A stretch of 64,000 nucleotides of DNA from Clostridia bacterium (GCA_050950825.1 JBMNIH010000006.1:274144-338143); one strand, 5' to 3'. Numbered from the stretch's first letter, positions 29,501-39,367 are shown. Notes: generated by a model not told the origin, from the letters alone. Program-made: numbers and translations.

Positions 29501-30784
29501 TTATAGCACCAGTTCCTCGTAATAAGGAACCTTTTCAAAAATACCGCCGCTTTTTTCGTAAAAATCATCGTCCAAGAAGAACAATCCGTCCTTTTGAACC
29601 GCCCACAGGCTGTTCGGATAGGGTCTGTATAAAAGCATTTGGTCCCAATCCTTGTAGTTTTGGTGACCGTTTGTTTCCAATACGCCGATTTTCATACCCG
29701 GCAAAGGATCCAATCTTGCAGCGACACATTTGTTCCAATCCACCATCAACGGAGGAACGGTCAGGTCGGCGCAAAAACAAGGGATCTTATTCTCCTTGCA
29801 TACCTTTGCAATTTGAAGGCTCATGCTCAAGGTTTTTGCAATAGGCTTAAGAGCGATGGCTTTGTAGCCTAAACCGATGCGTTCAATAGCGTCATGAACG
29901 GTGTGGGCGCTTTCATCCGCAGCCACCGGTACGGGAATATCCCGAATGTCTTCCTTGTACTCTTCCGGGAAAGGTTCTTCGAATACGATAATTCTTTCAA
30001 GGGCTCCGATGGAATCGGCGTAATCCAAAAAATCCTTTAAGGACTCTTTGTCGGGATACCGCCCGTTGGCATCCAAGTAATACGGAATTTTTCCGTCCTT
30101 CGTCCAAGGGATTTCGATATCCTTCAACAGCTCGTGGATTTGTCGAATTCTTTTTTTATCCCAATCCAGCATTTTCTCCACGGAGCCGTCCTTGTCGGGG
30201 TCATTGCCTACCTTGATTTTGAAGAAAAAATACCCCTGCTTAACTAAATCCAATATTTCTTTTTCCCCTAAAGAATAGTTCACCAAAGGAATGCACGCCA
30301 GCTTCTCGTGTTTTACGCTTAAAGCCTTTCTGTATTTTTCTCCGATCATTTCGTCAAAGTCGGATATTCCGTTTTCGGCAGCATAAAGCTGCCATGCAGC
30401 CAAGTCGATCGGAACCAATGCATTGAGGGCAAAGGTTTCCCTAATAGGGCATCCTGTCAGATGCCTGCCGTATTCCAATACCTTCGGATAAAGAATATCC
30501 AACAATTGGAGGGGGTTTTCAAACTCCGTATTCACGCAATTTTTCACGGCGTATTCGGTAAGAAGAAACATAACCGCATTTCCGCCCTCGGGAGAATAAC
30601 GGGAAAACACACCGGCATCGGACCACAATACGCTTTGTACTCCAAGACCTAACCCCGTATTTCCCTTCTCGCTTTCAAGACGGACAACAACCTGCCATAA
30701 ACCGTTGACATACTTGCCCTTAAAACCGAAAGGGGCTTTAAAGGATTCTTTTTTAAAATTGATTTTTGCATCTTTTATTTTCAT
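29501..30784 (-). CDS. Enolase superfamily (mandelate racemase/MLE-like) enzyme
   Basis: FKIKVG (KxK) and metal ligands DAN, EEP, DES. Confidence 0.82.
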   Translation of the reverse strand: MKIKDAKINFKKESFKAPFGFKGKYVNGLWQVVVRLESEKGNTGLGLGVQSVLWSDAGVFSRYSPEGGNAVMFLLTEYAVKNCVNTEFENPLQLLDILYPKVLEYGRHLTGCPIRETFALNALVPIDLAAWQLYAAENGISDFDEMIGEKYRKALSVKHEKLACIPLVNYSLGEKEILDLVKQGYFFFKIKVGNDPDKDGSVEKMLDWDKKRIRQIHELLKDIEIPWTKDGKIPYYLDANGRYPDKESLKDFLDYADSIGALERIIVFEEPFPEEYKEDIRDIPVPVAADESAHTVHDAIERIGLGYKAIALKPIAKTLSMSLQIAKVCKENKIPCFCADLTVPPLMVDWNKCVAARLDPLPGMKIGVLETNGHQNYKDWDQMLLYRPYPNSLWAVQKDGLFFLDDDFYEKSGGIFEKVPYYEELVL

Positions 30785-30812
30785 TTTTTTATCAAAACCC
30801 TTCTTTTTTAGT

Positions 30813-31889
30813 TTAAGAATACAGCTCGGAAAGAGGGATTCTTTTTACCCTTAAGCCCAAACCGTTAGGATATTCGCCGCTTACGCTGTAGCCGAAAAGC
30901 GCCGCATCCTCCGTAAAGTGTATGGCGATATAGCAGTATCCGGCCGAATTGTTATCTTCCAGAACATGAAGCTTTTGCGGCCTTAAATCGTTATCCCGGA
31001 AGATTGTGCATACCAAGGGTGTTCGGTCCCATCCGCTTTTGTCGCGTCTTCCGTTGTATGCCGGAACCGGATTGTACACCGCAAGCAAATCCCGGTCCTT
31101 GATGCGTTTTACCGACATGGGCGACTGCGGACCCGAAAACATGGAAGGGACCGGTACGCTCCAGGTCTTTCCGTTGTCATAGGAAAAAGATTGGTACTGG
31201 CATCCCAAATCCGTTCGAAACCACTGCCACAGGCAGTTTTCATAAAGCTCCAAGACTCCCGGCTCCTGAAGCCCGCTTTTGGAGCCCGGTAAAGATACGT
31301 AAGCGTAATTGTCCGACTCTTGCCATGTATAACCGCCGTCGTCGGAATAAAAGAAGACGGGAATTCCTCGTCCGTCGAAGGAATTCCATTTGCGGGTGTC
31401 GTTACCTCGCATGCGATGGTATGCCGTCGGTACCGTGATTCGACCGTTTTTCAGTACAACTACCCGATCGTTGTTCAAAACATAATACCCGGGTCCGTAT
31501 GCGCAGCATACGGGGCTTTCCCACGTTTTGCATTCATCCTTCGATCGAAACAAATAGGGGCGGGTATCATGCCATCCGTATCGAATAAGGAAAAACAATC
31601 CTACGTCCCCTCCCGGTAACCGAACCAAAGATACGCTCATAATATTCAATGCGTTAAAGTCATCGGGAGAAAACAAAATCACATCGTCGCTCCATGTGAA
31701 ACCTCCGTCGCAAGACTCTCTTTTTGCAATATAGGCTTTGGCATCGTCGGCACCGGTTTCACCGATAAACTTGGAATACACAAAAACAATCCTGCCGTCC
31801 TCCAACGTTAAAAAGGCTCCCTCACTGTTTCTCCGATTGGTCGCAGAGGGCGTTATGTCCATGACAGTCCGACCTATTCCCATGTCCAT
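30813..31889 (-). CDS. Sialidase-fold (BNR/Asp-box) protein, cytoplasmic
   Basis: Four Asp boxes SCDGGFTW, SKDECKTW, SDDGGYTW, SYDNGKTW; no signal peptide. Confidence 0.8.
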   Translation of the reverse strand: MDMGIGRTVMDITPSATNRRNSEGAFLTLEDGRIVFVYSKFIGETGADDAKAYIAKRESCDGGFTWSDDVILFSPDDFNALNIMSVSLVRLPGGDVGLFFLIRYGWHDTRPYLFRSKDECKTWESPVCCAYGPGYYVLNNDRVVVLKNGRITVPTAYHRMRGNDTRKWNSFDGRGIPVFFYSDDGGYTWQESDNYAYVSLPGSKSGLQEPGVLELYENCLWQWFRTDLGCQYQSFSYDNGKTWSVPVPSMFSGPQSPMSVKRIKDRDLLAVYNPVPAYNGRRDKSGWDRTPLVCTIFRDNDLRPQKLHVLEDNNSAGYCYIAIHFTEDAALFGYSVSGEYPNGLGLRVKRIPLSELYS

Positions 31890-31913
31890 ACCTCCTTTTA
31901 TTTAATACGATAC

Positions 31914-33587
31914 CTATTTCACGGTTACCGTAAGCTCGTGTTTGTTATGCTCAAACTCGACGGTAATGATGGCAAAAATTTCGTTAAAGGATTTTTCATG
32001 ATTTACGATATAGGAGTTGTACGGAAGAATCGGGTACCTGAGCAGCCCTTCCTCCGACAAGGTTACGGTTCTTCCCTTGATCATCAAAGATCCTCCCTCG
32101 GGGATTCCGCAGGCAAAAGGCTCCTTCGACAAGGTGATTTCCTTTCCGCAGCAGCCGATCTTTTCATCCAAGGCGACAAAGAAAGGTATATGAACGTACG
32201 CTCTTTCCGTTTCGGTCAGTCCTTCCACGGAATACCGGATTTTTAATGCGTCCTCTTCAAAGCAAAAACGGATCTTGCATTTTCGATTTCCGTATACCAA
32301 ATCCATCCCGTCGTTGGCATCGGTTAAGTTGCCTTCTTCGTGGGTATAGTACAGCTTGCCGGCGGAAATGACATTAAAGCAGGACAGCTCGGGCTGGGCT
32401 ATGGAGTGGCCTCCGCCGATCACAAGGCCGCTTTGGTCCCGGTATACGGCAAAGAGGTTCTGTCGTTCTAAAATCCAACGGCTGCCGAACACGCGAACGG
32501 GCTGGCAGCACATGTCCACCACCCAATCCCCCTTCTTTAAAATCAAAACCTTCTCTTCCGGCATACGTACCGTATCCTTGTATAGTGTGAACTTTTCCAT
32601 CGGCAGAACTTGAAAATCGTCTTGGATGTGGCGGTAATTCTCCACAAGCATGGCCAAGCCTTGGGTGCTTCCTTTAAAAGGCTTTCTGCTCAAGGCATCG
32701 CATACGGCTTTAACAAAAGCGGAAACTACTTGATTTCCTTCTTCGAAAAGAGAATAAGCGGCAGGGAAATGCATGGGTGCGAAGGCTTTCGAATACCGAT
32801 TTCTCGTGTCAATAGCGGCGGAAACGGAAAAATCGGGGTACAATAATTTGGATATATAGGAAAGAGACTTTTGCAGGGCATGAAGAATTTTTTTATTGCC
32901 GGATAGGAAATAGTATTTGGACAATGCTCCGATGGTGACCGTGGCATATTTGGATACCAAGGTTTTTCCTTCGTACCAGGTACCGGAAATCGTTTGTCCA
33001 TCGGCAATCAAGTTCATCACCTCATCGGCGATATCCATAATCGAGCGGTCCTGTCGCAGCTGCCCGTATCGGTAAGCCGCCGTCACGTGCCAGCAGAAAT
33101 GATTGGATACCTCATGCTGTGCCACGTCGTAGCGGAACCTGTTGCTGTAAAGCTGCCTTTTTACGCCGGGTACCACATTCTTTAGCATAATGGTGTCGAT
33201 ACGATCGTTCCATTTGTCGATAATCTTTGGATCTAAATAATCTTTCAAAAGCTCCAAAGTGTTCATCCAATGGAATACGCCCCATTCGTCTACACACAAT
33301 CCCCAGTAGTTGTCATAAGTAACCAATCGGGTTTTTCCGTCGGAATCCGTTAAGGTGTAAAAGTACTCCCAGCACTTGATGGCTTGTTCCAAGACCTTAG
33401 GGTCCATATAGTAGGGATTCGGGAACCGATTGTTGGTGAACAACTCGGCAAAATACAGGCCGGTGTATTGGCTGTAGAGAATATGGCCGCTTCCGGGAAC
33501 AATCGTCTCGCCGGTTTCCGTCACCATTTTTGTGACGTCCTCATAAATTCCAACCATGGCGTTAAATAGCATTTCCTTAGCATTCAT
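31914..33587 (-). CDS. Hypothetical protein, possibly lyase-like alpha/alpha-toroid + beta-sandwich
   Basis: 557 aa with GGAGG RBS; helical N-half with SNHFCW and GTWYEG, beta-rich C-half. Confidence 0.55.
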   Translation of the reverse strand: MNAKEMLFNAMVGIYEDVTKMVTETGETIVPGSGHILYSQYTGLYFAELFTNNRFPNPYYMDPKVLEQAIKCWEYFYTLTDSDGKTRLVTYDNYWGLCVDEWGVFHWMNTLELLKDYLDPKIIDKWNDRIDTIMLKNVVPGVKRQLYSNRFRYDVAQHEVSNHFCWHVTAAYRYGQLRQDRSIMDIADEVMNLIADGQTISGTWYEGKTLVSKYATVTIGALSKYYFLSGNKKILHALQKSLSYISKLLYPDFSVSAAIDTRNRYSKAFAPMHFPAAYSLFEEGNQVVSAFVKAVCDALSRKPFKGSTQGLAMLVENYRHIQDDFQVLPMEKFTLYKDTVRMPEEKVLILKKGDWVVDMCCQPVRVFGSRWILERQNLFAVYRDQSGLVIGGGHSIAQPELSCFNVISAGKLYYTHEEGNLTDANDGMDLVYGNRKCKIRFCFEEDALKIRYSVEGLTETERAYVHIPFFVALDEKIGCCGKEITLSKEPFACGIPEGGSLMIKGRTVTLSEEGLLRYPILPYNSYIVNHEKSFNEIFAIITVEFEHNKHELTVTVK

Positions 33588-33676
33588 ATGGCGGATCCTC
33601 CAACTTTATTTTCAAAAGGTATCAAAGACCTTTGCATACAATTGGGATAAAATACGTACCCGGTAGAAACAAGTAA

Positions 33677-33705
33677 ATGATACCACATACCGGATTCCAT
33701 TGCAA
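33677..33705 (-). promoter_or_regulatory. Sigma-A promoter of the glycan-lyase operon
   Basis: TTGCAA, 17 nt with TGn, TATCAT. Confidence 0.65.
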
Positions 33706-33742
33706 CGAAGGCTCCCCGTAAGCGGTTTTCGATATTTTGAAA

Positions 33743-35655
33743 ATCGGGTAGGAGACTACTCATTAATTGAGTAGCCGTCCTCCCACACCACCGTACGTAC
33801 CGTTCGGTATACGGCGGTTCAACAAGAGTTCAATTTCTTAAGCAAGTTCAGCTATAAAGCCAGTGTATCCGCGCTTCTGAAGGCGCTCGTTCGTAATGGT
33901 TTGTGAAAGTATGGGGCTATTGGCAATTCTCCAGTAGCCTTTTCTTGTATTGGCGAATTTCCATGCTTTCTGTCTGTCCAATCCCAGTTTCACTAGATTT
34001 TGAAAACGGGTACGGATTTTCTTCCATTGTTTCCAGATACACATTCGCAGTCGCCTGCGTGTCCATTCATCCAGTGAACGTGCGAGAGATTTCATGTCCG
34101 CAATTCTGAAGTAGTTGACCCATCCTTTGATGAGTTGCTTTATCTTCTGCAGGCGAACGTCTATACTCACCCCGTTGCTCCTTGATGTTATGTTGCGTAT
34201 CTTTTCCTTTAATCTCTCTACGGACTTTTTGTGTACCCGGATTCTCACGCCTTCTTTCCCGTGATAGAATGAGAATCCAAGGAACTTTCTCTTCCACGGT
34301 CTGTCAACCGCGCTCTTCTCGCGGTTAACTCTTAACCTCAGTTTTCCTTCCAGAAATTTAGTGACACTCTGCATCGTGCGTTCAGCCGCTTTCCTGCTTC
34401 TCACATAAATATTGCAGTCATCAGCATAACGGCAGAATTTATGTCCCCTCTTCTCCAGTTCTTTATCCAGTTCGTTCAGCATAATGTTGCTTAACAGGGG
34501 ACTGAGTGGTCCGCCCTGTGGGCATCCTTCTTCAGTTTCGATTACGACCCCGTTTATCATGACGCCCGCTTTCAGATATTCCCGGATAAGCTTCAGTACC
34601 CTCTTGTCTTTTACCCTCCTTGCCACCAGCGCCATGAGTTTATCATGGTTCACAGTATCAAAATATTTCGCAAGGTCGATGTCCACTACCCAGTCATACC
34701 CTTCATTTATATATCCCTGTGCTCTTTTTATTGCTTGGTGAGCACTTCTTCCCGGCCGAAATCCAAAGCTGTTCTCCGAGAATTCAGGGTCAAATATGGA
34801 TGCAAGTACTTGGGCAATGGCCTGCTGAACCATCCTGTCGACTACCGTGGGAATCCCCAGTAACCTGACTCCTCCGTCCGGTTTCGGTATCTCCACTCTC
34901 CGAACGGGCTTGGGACGATACGTCCCTGCCTTCAATTCCCCGATTAGATTATTGCCCTTCTCTTTCAGGTATGGCAGAAGTTCATCCACCTTCATACCGT
35001 CAATTCCATGGGAGCCTTTGTTCCTTACCACCTGTTTATAGGCAGCGTTCATGTTGTTTCTACTCAATATCTTCTCGAGCAAATCAAAGGTACTTACTTC
35101 TCCATTGTCCTGTCCGTTTGTTTCCGCCGGAAGGGTTCTCCGCACTCCTGCCATATCTCGGGGTTCCACCCCTGCCTCTGGCAGGTAGTCTTCATATGAA
35201 GTTGTCTGCTCTCTACAAATCCTTCCCGAGTCCTTCAATCTTTCAGAACCTCCTGTTGTTCGGCCCTTCCGCTCCGTTCATGACCGCTGCGTACTATGGC
35301 CTCTGCTGACTTCTGACCGTTCAGCCGTACATTGCTGCACGGGTTGCCTTGTGGAAGTTCATCCGACTCAGCGTACCGGTCAGATCTCCGCGGGTAAGCG
35401 CGCGCCCCTTCATCCCATATACCTGCTTCATTTACACCGCAAGCCTCGGATAGCATTGGACTTCGTTTTGTTATGCAAACTCGTCCGACTTGCATATGCC
35501 TCATATGAAGTTCCTGTTCGTCAGGCCGGGATTTTGCCTCCGACTTCCTTCAGATTCCACCTCACGATGGACACCCTTGTCTTTGGCTAACGGTTGGTGC
35601 TATCAACCCCCGTAACGGACTTTCACCGTCAAGGTCGCGCGCATGCCGCGCGCAC
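33743..35655 (-). mobile_element. Group II intron, bacterial class C (IIC), apparently full length (1913 nt)
   Basis: 5' GTGCG at 35655; domain V GAACCGCCGTATACC...GTACGGTGGTG (~33787-33820, CGC triad); domain VI ending CCTACCCGAT at 33743; inserted directly after a terminator hairpin. Confidence 0.93.
33838..35238 (-). CDS. ltrA: Group II intron reverse transcriptase/maturase without En domain
   Basis: NKGSHGIDG, RLLGIPTVVDR, GFRPGRS, PQGGPLSPLL, RYADD, FLGF, GWVNYF; ends without HNH. Confidence 0.96.
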   Translation of the reverse strand: MKDSGRICREQTTSYEDYLPEAGVEPRDMAGVRRTLPAETNGQDNGEVSTFDLLEKILSRNNMNAAYKQVVRNKGSHGIDGMKVDELLPYLKEKGNNLIGELKAGTYRPKPVRRVEIPKPDGGVRLLGIPTVVDRMVQQAIAQVLASIFDPEFSENSFGFRPGRSAHQAIKRAQGYINEGYDWVVDIDLAKYFDTVNHDKLMALVARRVKDKRVLKLIREYLKAGVMINGVVIETEEGCPQGGPLSPLLSNIMLNELDKELEKRGHKFCRYADDCNIYVRSRKAAERTMQSVTKFLEGKLRLRVNREKSAVDRPWKRKFLGFSFYHGKEGVRIRVHKKSVERLKEKIRNITSRSNGVSIDVRLQKIKQLIKGWVNYFRIADMKSLARSLDEWTRRRLRMCIWKQWKKIRTRFQNLVKLGLDRQKAWKFANTRKGYWRIANSPILSQTITNERLQKRGYTGFIAELA

Positions 35656-35656
35656 A

Positions 35657-35690
35657 TAATAAAGGCATAATCCTTGATAGGATTATGCCC
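35657..35690 (-). terminator. Intrinsic terminator of the DPD-like gene; intron target site
   Basis: Minus strand GGGCATAATCCT-ATCA-AGGATTATGCCT-TTATTAT then intron. Confidence 0.85.
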
Positions 35691-35721
35691 TCTTGTTTTT
35701 ATATTATTTTACGTATATTCC

Positions 35722-38379
35722 TTAATGCAGATCGCATGAAGGTTCGCCGACTTTTTGTCTGTTGTCGTTCAACATACCTAAGTTAACCATACGGATATTG
35801 TTGTTCGGGCAGCGATTGTAGCACATACCGCAAGCCACGCATTCTTCCGTATTGACCTTCCATCGGTCCGCTCCGTCCTTGTAGATGGCAAACTCTTTGC
35901 AGATTTCGAAGCAGATGGCGCAGCCTTCGCCGCATCCGCAGCGCAAGCACTTGGAAGCTTCCTTCACCGCTTCTTCTTCGGTTAACGTTCTTGTAAACAT
36001 TTCGAAGTCCGCTACGCGCTCAATGGCGGTTCTTGCGTAGATATCGAAACGATTGATGAGTCGCTTGTAGCCGGAGCGCTCTAAGACTTGGTATTTATCA
36101 ACGGATTCCAATTTGTCTTTGAATTCAACGGTAGCCGCATCGCCGGAAAGCTTCTTGTCGATTTCAGCAGCCGCTTTTCTACCCATGGCAATGGCTCGGA
36201 TAACGGTACCTGCGCCTAAGATGTCGCCTCCCGCATAAACCCCTTCAATGTTGGTGGCAAGGGTTTCCTTGTCCGCCTTCACGCCGGCAGGCATGGATCC
36301 GTCGTTCTGCTGGCCTAACGCCATAATAACGGTGTCGCATCTTAACGTAAAGTCCGAGCAGTCTTCCACGCCGATGGGGCATCTTCTGCCGGTATCATCT
36401 ACGTCGCCGAGAACGTTGGTATTCATCTTGATGCCGGTTACCTTGCCGTCCTTCACCGTGATTTCTTCGGGAGATACCAAGTACATAATCTTGACGCCTT
36501 CTTCTTCCGTTTCAAACAATTCTTCATCGGTTATGGGCATTTGATCTCGTGTTCTTCTGTATGCAATGTAGACTTGGTTTGCTCCTAAGCGTTTTGCGGA
36601 TCGAGCGGCATCGGCAGCCGTAAAGCCTCCGCCGATTACCACAACGGTATCGCCGATTTGCGGTCTTTCGCCGTCGTTGATCTTTCTCATAAACTGCAGC
36701 GCATCGATAACACCTTCCGCATCTTCTCCGGGAATACCCGCTTTTCTGCCCTTCCATGTTCCCACCGCCAAATAGATGGCATCAAAGCCGTCTTTTTTCA
36801 GGCTGTCAACGGTAAAGTCTTTTCCTAACGCTTTGCCGGTAACAAACTTGATACCGATGGCCTTCATGATTTCGATTTCTTCGTCCAAAATAGACTTGTC
36901 GAACCGGAAGGTAGGAATACCGTAACGCAGCATACCGCCGCATTCTTTTTCCCGTTCAAACACGGTCACGTCGTATCCCGCTTTTCTTAAGTTCCATGCA
37001 CAAGACAAACCGGAGGGACCTGCTCCCACAACGGCCACTTTCTTGTTGTTTTCTTTGATATCAAATTCGGAGGTCCAGCCTTGGGCCTTTGCATATTCAA
37101 TAACGAAACGCTTGATTTCTCTGATTCTTACCGCTTCGCCGGTTTCCTTTCGAGTACAAGCGGCTTCGCATTCTTTATTGCACACGATACCGCAAACGGA
37201 TTGCAAGGGGCTCTTGCTCATGATCAAATCGTAAGCTTCTCGAAATCTTCTTTCGGATACCATGCGGACATAAGCTTGGGCCGGAACACTGTTCGGGCAT
37301 GCCGCTTTACAGGGGGCCGCCAAATCCGGATTGATAAGTTCCGCATGTCCGTCGTAAAGGGTCAGTTCGGGAGCGCTGCGAACTTCGGAAACGATTAAGT
37401 CTCTCATTTCTCTTACGGAGTTGTAACCGTTTTCCTTCATGTAGTTCTTCAGATCGCGAATTAATCCGCCGATAAATCCGAAGCCGCTGTACAAGGTTTC
37501 GGAGCAAATACCGATCAAGTCGGCACCGCACATAATCATTTCGGCGGCATCGATGTAGTTTCGAACTCCACCGGCCATCATAATACGAGGCACGGGACCG
37601 TTGGCCTTACGAATTTCGTAGGTATCTCTTAAGGCCAAGGGCTTCAACCAAGGACCGCAATAGCAGGACATGCTGATTTCATCCTGCAAGTGATAGACCG
37701 CCTTCTTCGGGTCTTTTAAATTAATGGGCGGAATCGCCAAACGATTGGAGGTTCCTCCTACCGCATCTGCACCCGCTTCATAAAGCGCTTTCGCTACTTG
37801 TGCAATTCTTCCGCCTTCCGGCGTCAATTTTACAAACAAGGGTATTTTGATTTCCTTTTTGATGGCTCTTACAATTTCACTGACGGCATCGCCGTTTTGT
37901 CCTAAAGATGCGCCGGTTCTCTTTCCGCTTGCACCGCCGGACAGCTCGACGTTGAAGGACATATTCGGGCAGCACATGTTCAATTCGATAATGTCCGCTC
38001 CGACTTCTTCGAACTTTTTCGCCATATTGACCCAACCGTCTACGCCTTCTTCACCGGCATAGGTAATGTTGGCAAACAGTATCAAATCATTCAATACTTT
38101 TTTCGCATCGTCTACCAAACGCAAGCCTTCTTCAAAAGTCAACCTTTTTTCGGCGGTAAAGGCCAATGCGTTACGGTCTTTGAACAATGCATAGCGAGGA
38201 ACTCTGTTTATGTACGGTGCGGGATCGATGGTCAACTTAATTGACGCACCCGCCCAGCCTGTTTCTTCGATTCTTTTCAGTTGTTTTACAGAGTTGGTGG
38301 TAGGACCTGAAGCGACGTAAAAAGGATTTTTAAACTCAATCCCGGCAACATTTACCGGCAAGTATAAATCATTTAACAT
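35722..38379 (-). CDS. Dihydropyrimidine dehydrogenase-like fusion (DHOD/PreA barrel + GltD/PreT-like FAD/NAD(P) module + ferredoxin)
   Basis: NPFYVASGP, ELNMCCPN, VKLTP; then CKAACP, CGIVCNKECEAAC, GAGPSG, YGIP, GGGFTAAD; C-terminal CAICFEIC and CVACGMCYNRCP. Confidence 0.8.
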   Translation of the reverse strand: MLNDLYLPVNVAGIEFKNPFYVASGPTTNSVKQLKRIEETGWAGASIKLTIDPAPYINRVPRYALFKDRNALAFTAEKRLTFEEGLRLVDDAKKVLNDLILFANITYAGEEGVDGWVNMAKKFEEVGADIIELNMCCPNMSFNVELSGGASGKRTGASLGQNGDAVSEIVRAIKKEIKIPLFVKLTPEGGRIAQVAKALYEAGADAVGGTSNRLAIPPINLKDPKKAVYHLQDEISMSCYCGPWLKPLALRDTYEIRKANGPVPRIMMAGGVRNYIDAAEMIMCGADLIGICSETLYSGFGFIGGLIRDLKNYMKENGYNSVREMRDLIVSEVRSAPELTLYDGHAELINPDLAAPCKAACPNSVPAQAYVRMVSERRFREAYDLIMSKSPLQSVCGIVCNKECEAACTRKETGEAVRIREIKRFVIEYAKAQGWTSEFDIKENNKKVAVVGAGPSGLSCAWNLRKAGYDVTVFEREKECGGMLRYGIPTFRFDKSILDEEIEIMKAIGIKFVTGKALGKDFTVDSLKKDGFDAIYLAVGTWKGRKAGIPGEDAEGVIDALQFMRKINDGERPQIGDTVVVIGGGFTAADAARSAKRLGANQVYIAYRRTRDQMPITDEELFETEEEGVKIMYLVSPEEITVKDGKVTGIKMNTNVLGDVDDTGRRCPIGVEDCSDFTLRCDTVIMALGQQNDGSMPAGVKADKETLATNIEGVYAGGDILGAGTVIRAIAMGRKAAAEIDKKLSGDAATVEFKDKLESVDKYQVLERSGYKRLINRFDIYARTAIERVADFEMFTRTLTEEEAVKEASKCLRCGCGEGCAICFEICKEFAIYKDGADRWKVNTEECVACGMCYNRCPNNNIRMVNLGMLNDNRQKVGEPSCDLH

Positions 38380-38433
38380 TTCTTATAATCTCCTTTGGCG
38401 TTTTTATTAAAATCATTTCCCGATGTGGATATT

Positions 38434-38484
38434 GGTAACCTTTTAGTTACATTTAATTTTAGACATTCGCACCGTAAAAGTCAA
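38434..38484 (-). promoter_or_regulatory. Sigma-A promoter with palindromic operator over +1
   Basis: TTGACT (38484-38479), 17 nt, TAAAAT (38461-38456); GTAAC-N6-GTTAC at 38435-38450. Confidence 0.7.
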
Positions 38485-38512
38485 CGGGTCTATGAAAAAA
38501 ACGTAAAAAACA

Positions 38513-39367
38513 TTACTCGTTTAAAATATTTGCCAATTCCTCTGCAAATACTTTTTTCAATACCCGACCCACTCCGGATTGGTTGTTATCGTATTCCGTC
38601 ACCAAATCCGCCATGGGCTTGACGAAATCAAGGGCGTTTTTCATGGCAATTCCCAAGCCTGCGTACCGGATCATTTCCAAATCATTGCTGTCGTCGCCGA
38701 TGGCGATGATTTCTTCTTGCTTAATACCGCATCGTTCGGCATACTTTAAAGCCGCATGCCATTTGGTACCTTCGATATGGCTGACTTCCAATAGCGGGCC
38801 GATTCTTTTTAAAGACATGGTAATATGGGTGTGAATTTCATCCGGATACTTTTCGTCGATCCGGTCTTTTAATTCCTGTACTTTTTCCATATTACCGGTA
38901 TAGCACATGATCATGACGTGGGAATCCGGCAATAAAGCAAAGTCGTCAATCACCAGCAAATTAGTGGTGCTCGGCGACACATACCCGTTATATCCGGGGT
39001 AAGAAGCGTCGTATTCGCATATGAGCTCGTATCCGTTGTAATTGGCATGGAGTACGGGATGCATATCTTTTTCATACCCCATCTTCAGAATATCCAACAG
39101 GCACTCTTTTCTTATGGTGGTGCTGTCGATCAACGTATCGGTACTCATTTCCCAAATGGCGTTGCCGTTATTGGAGAAAAATACGGCATCCAAGCCGTAT
39201 CGTTCGATTACCGCTTTGGCAAAAGAATAGCGCCTTCCGGTTGCAATACCGATAATAACGCCTATTTCCTGTAAAGCTTTTAATACCTGTACATCCTCGT
39301 CGGATATGTTCTTTTCATCGTTTAGCAAGGTTCCGTCCATGTCCACAAGGACCATTTTGTACTTCAC
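38513..39367 (-). CDS. Cof-type HAD-IIB hydrolase
   Basis: DMDGTLLN, ATGR, K, GDDSNDLEM. Confidence 0.92.
   Translation of the reverse strand: MKYKMVLVDMDGTLLNDEKNISDEDVQVLKALQEIGVIIGIATGRRYSFAKAVIERYGLDAVFFSNNGNAIWEMSTDTLIDSTTIRKECLLDILKMGYEKDMHPVLHANYNGYELICEYDASYPGYNGYVSPSTTNLLVIDDFALLPDSHVMIMCYTGNMEKVQELKDRIDEKYPDEIHTHITMSLKRIGPLLEVSHIEGTKWHAALKYAERCGIKQEEIIAIGDDSNDLEMIRYAGLGIAMKNALDFVKPMADLVTEYDNNQSGVGRVLKKVFAEELANILNE

Noticed and set aside
33838-35238. Reverse transcriptase as a retron, DGR or CRISPR-associated RT
   Set aside because: Group II intron ends and domains V/VI flank it; no template/variable repeat pair, msr-msd or cas genes seen
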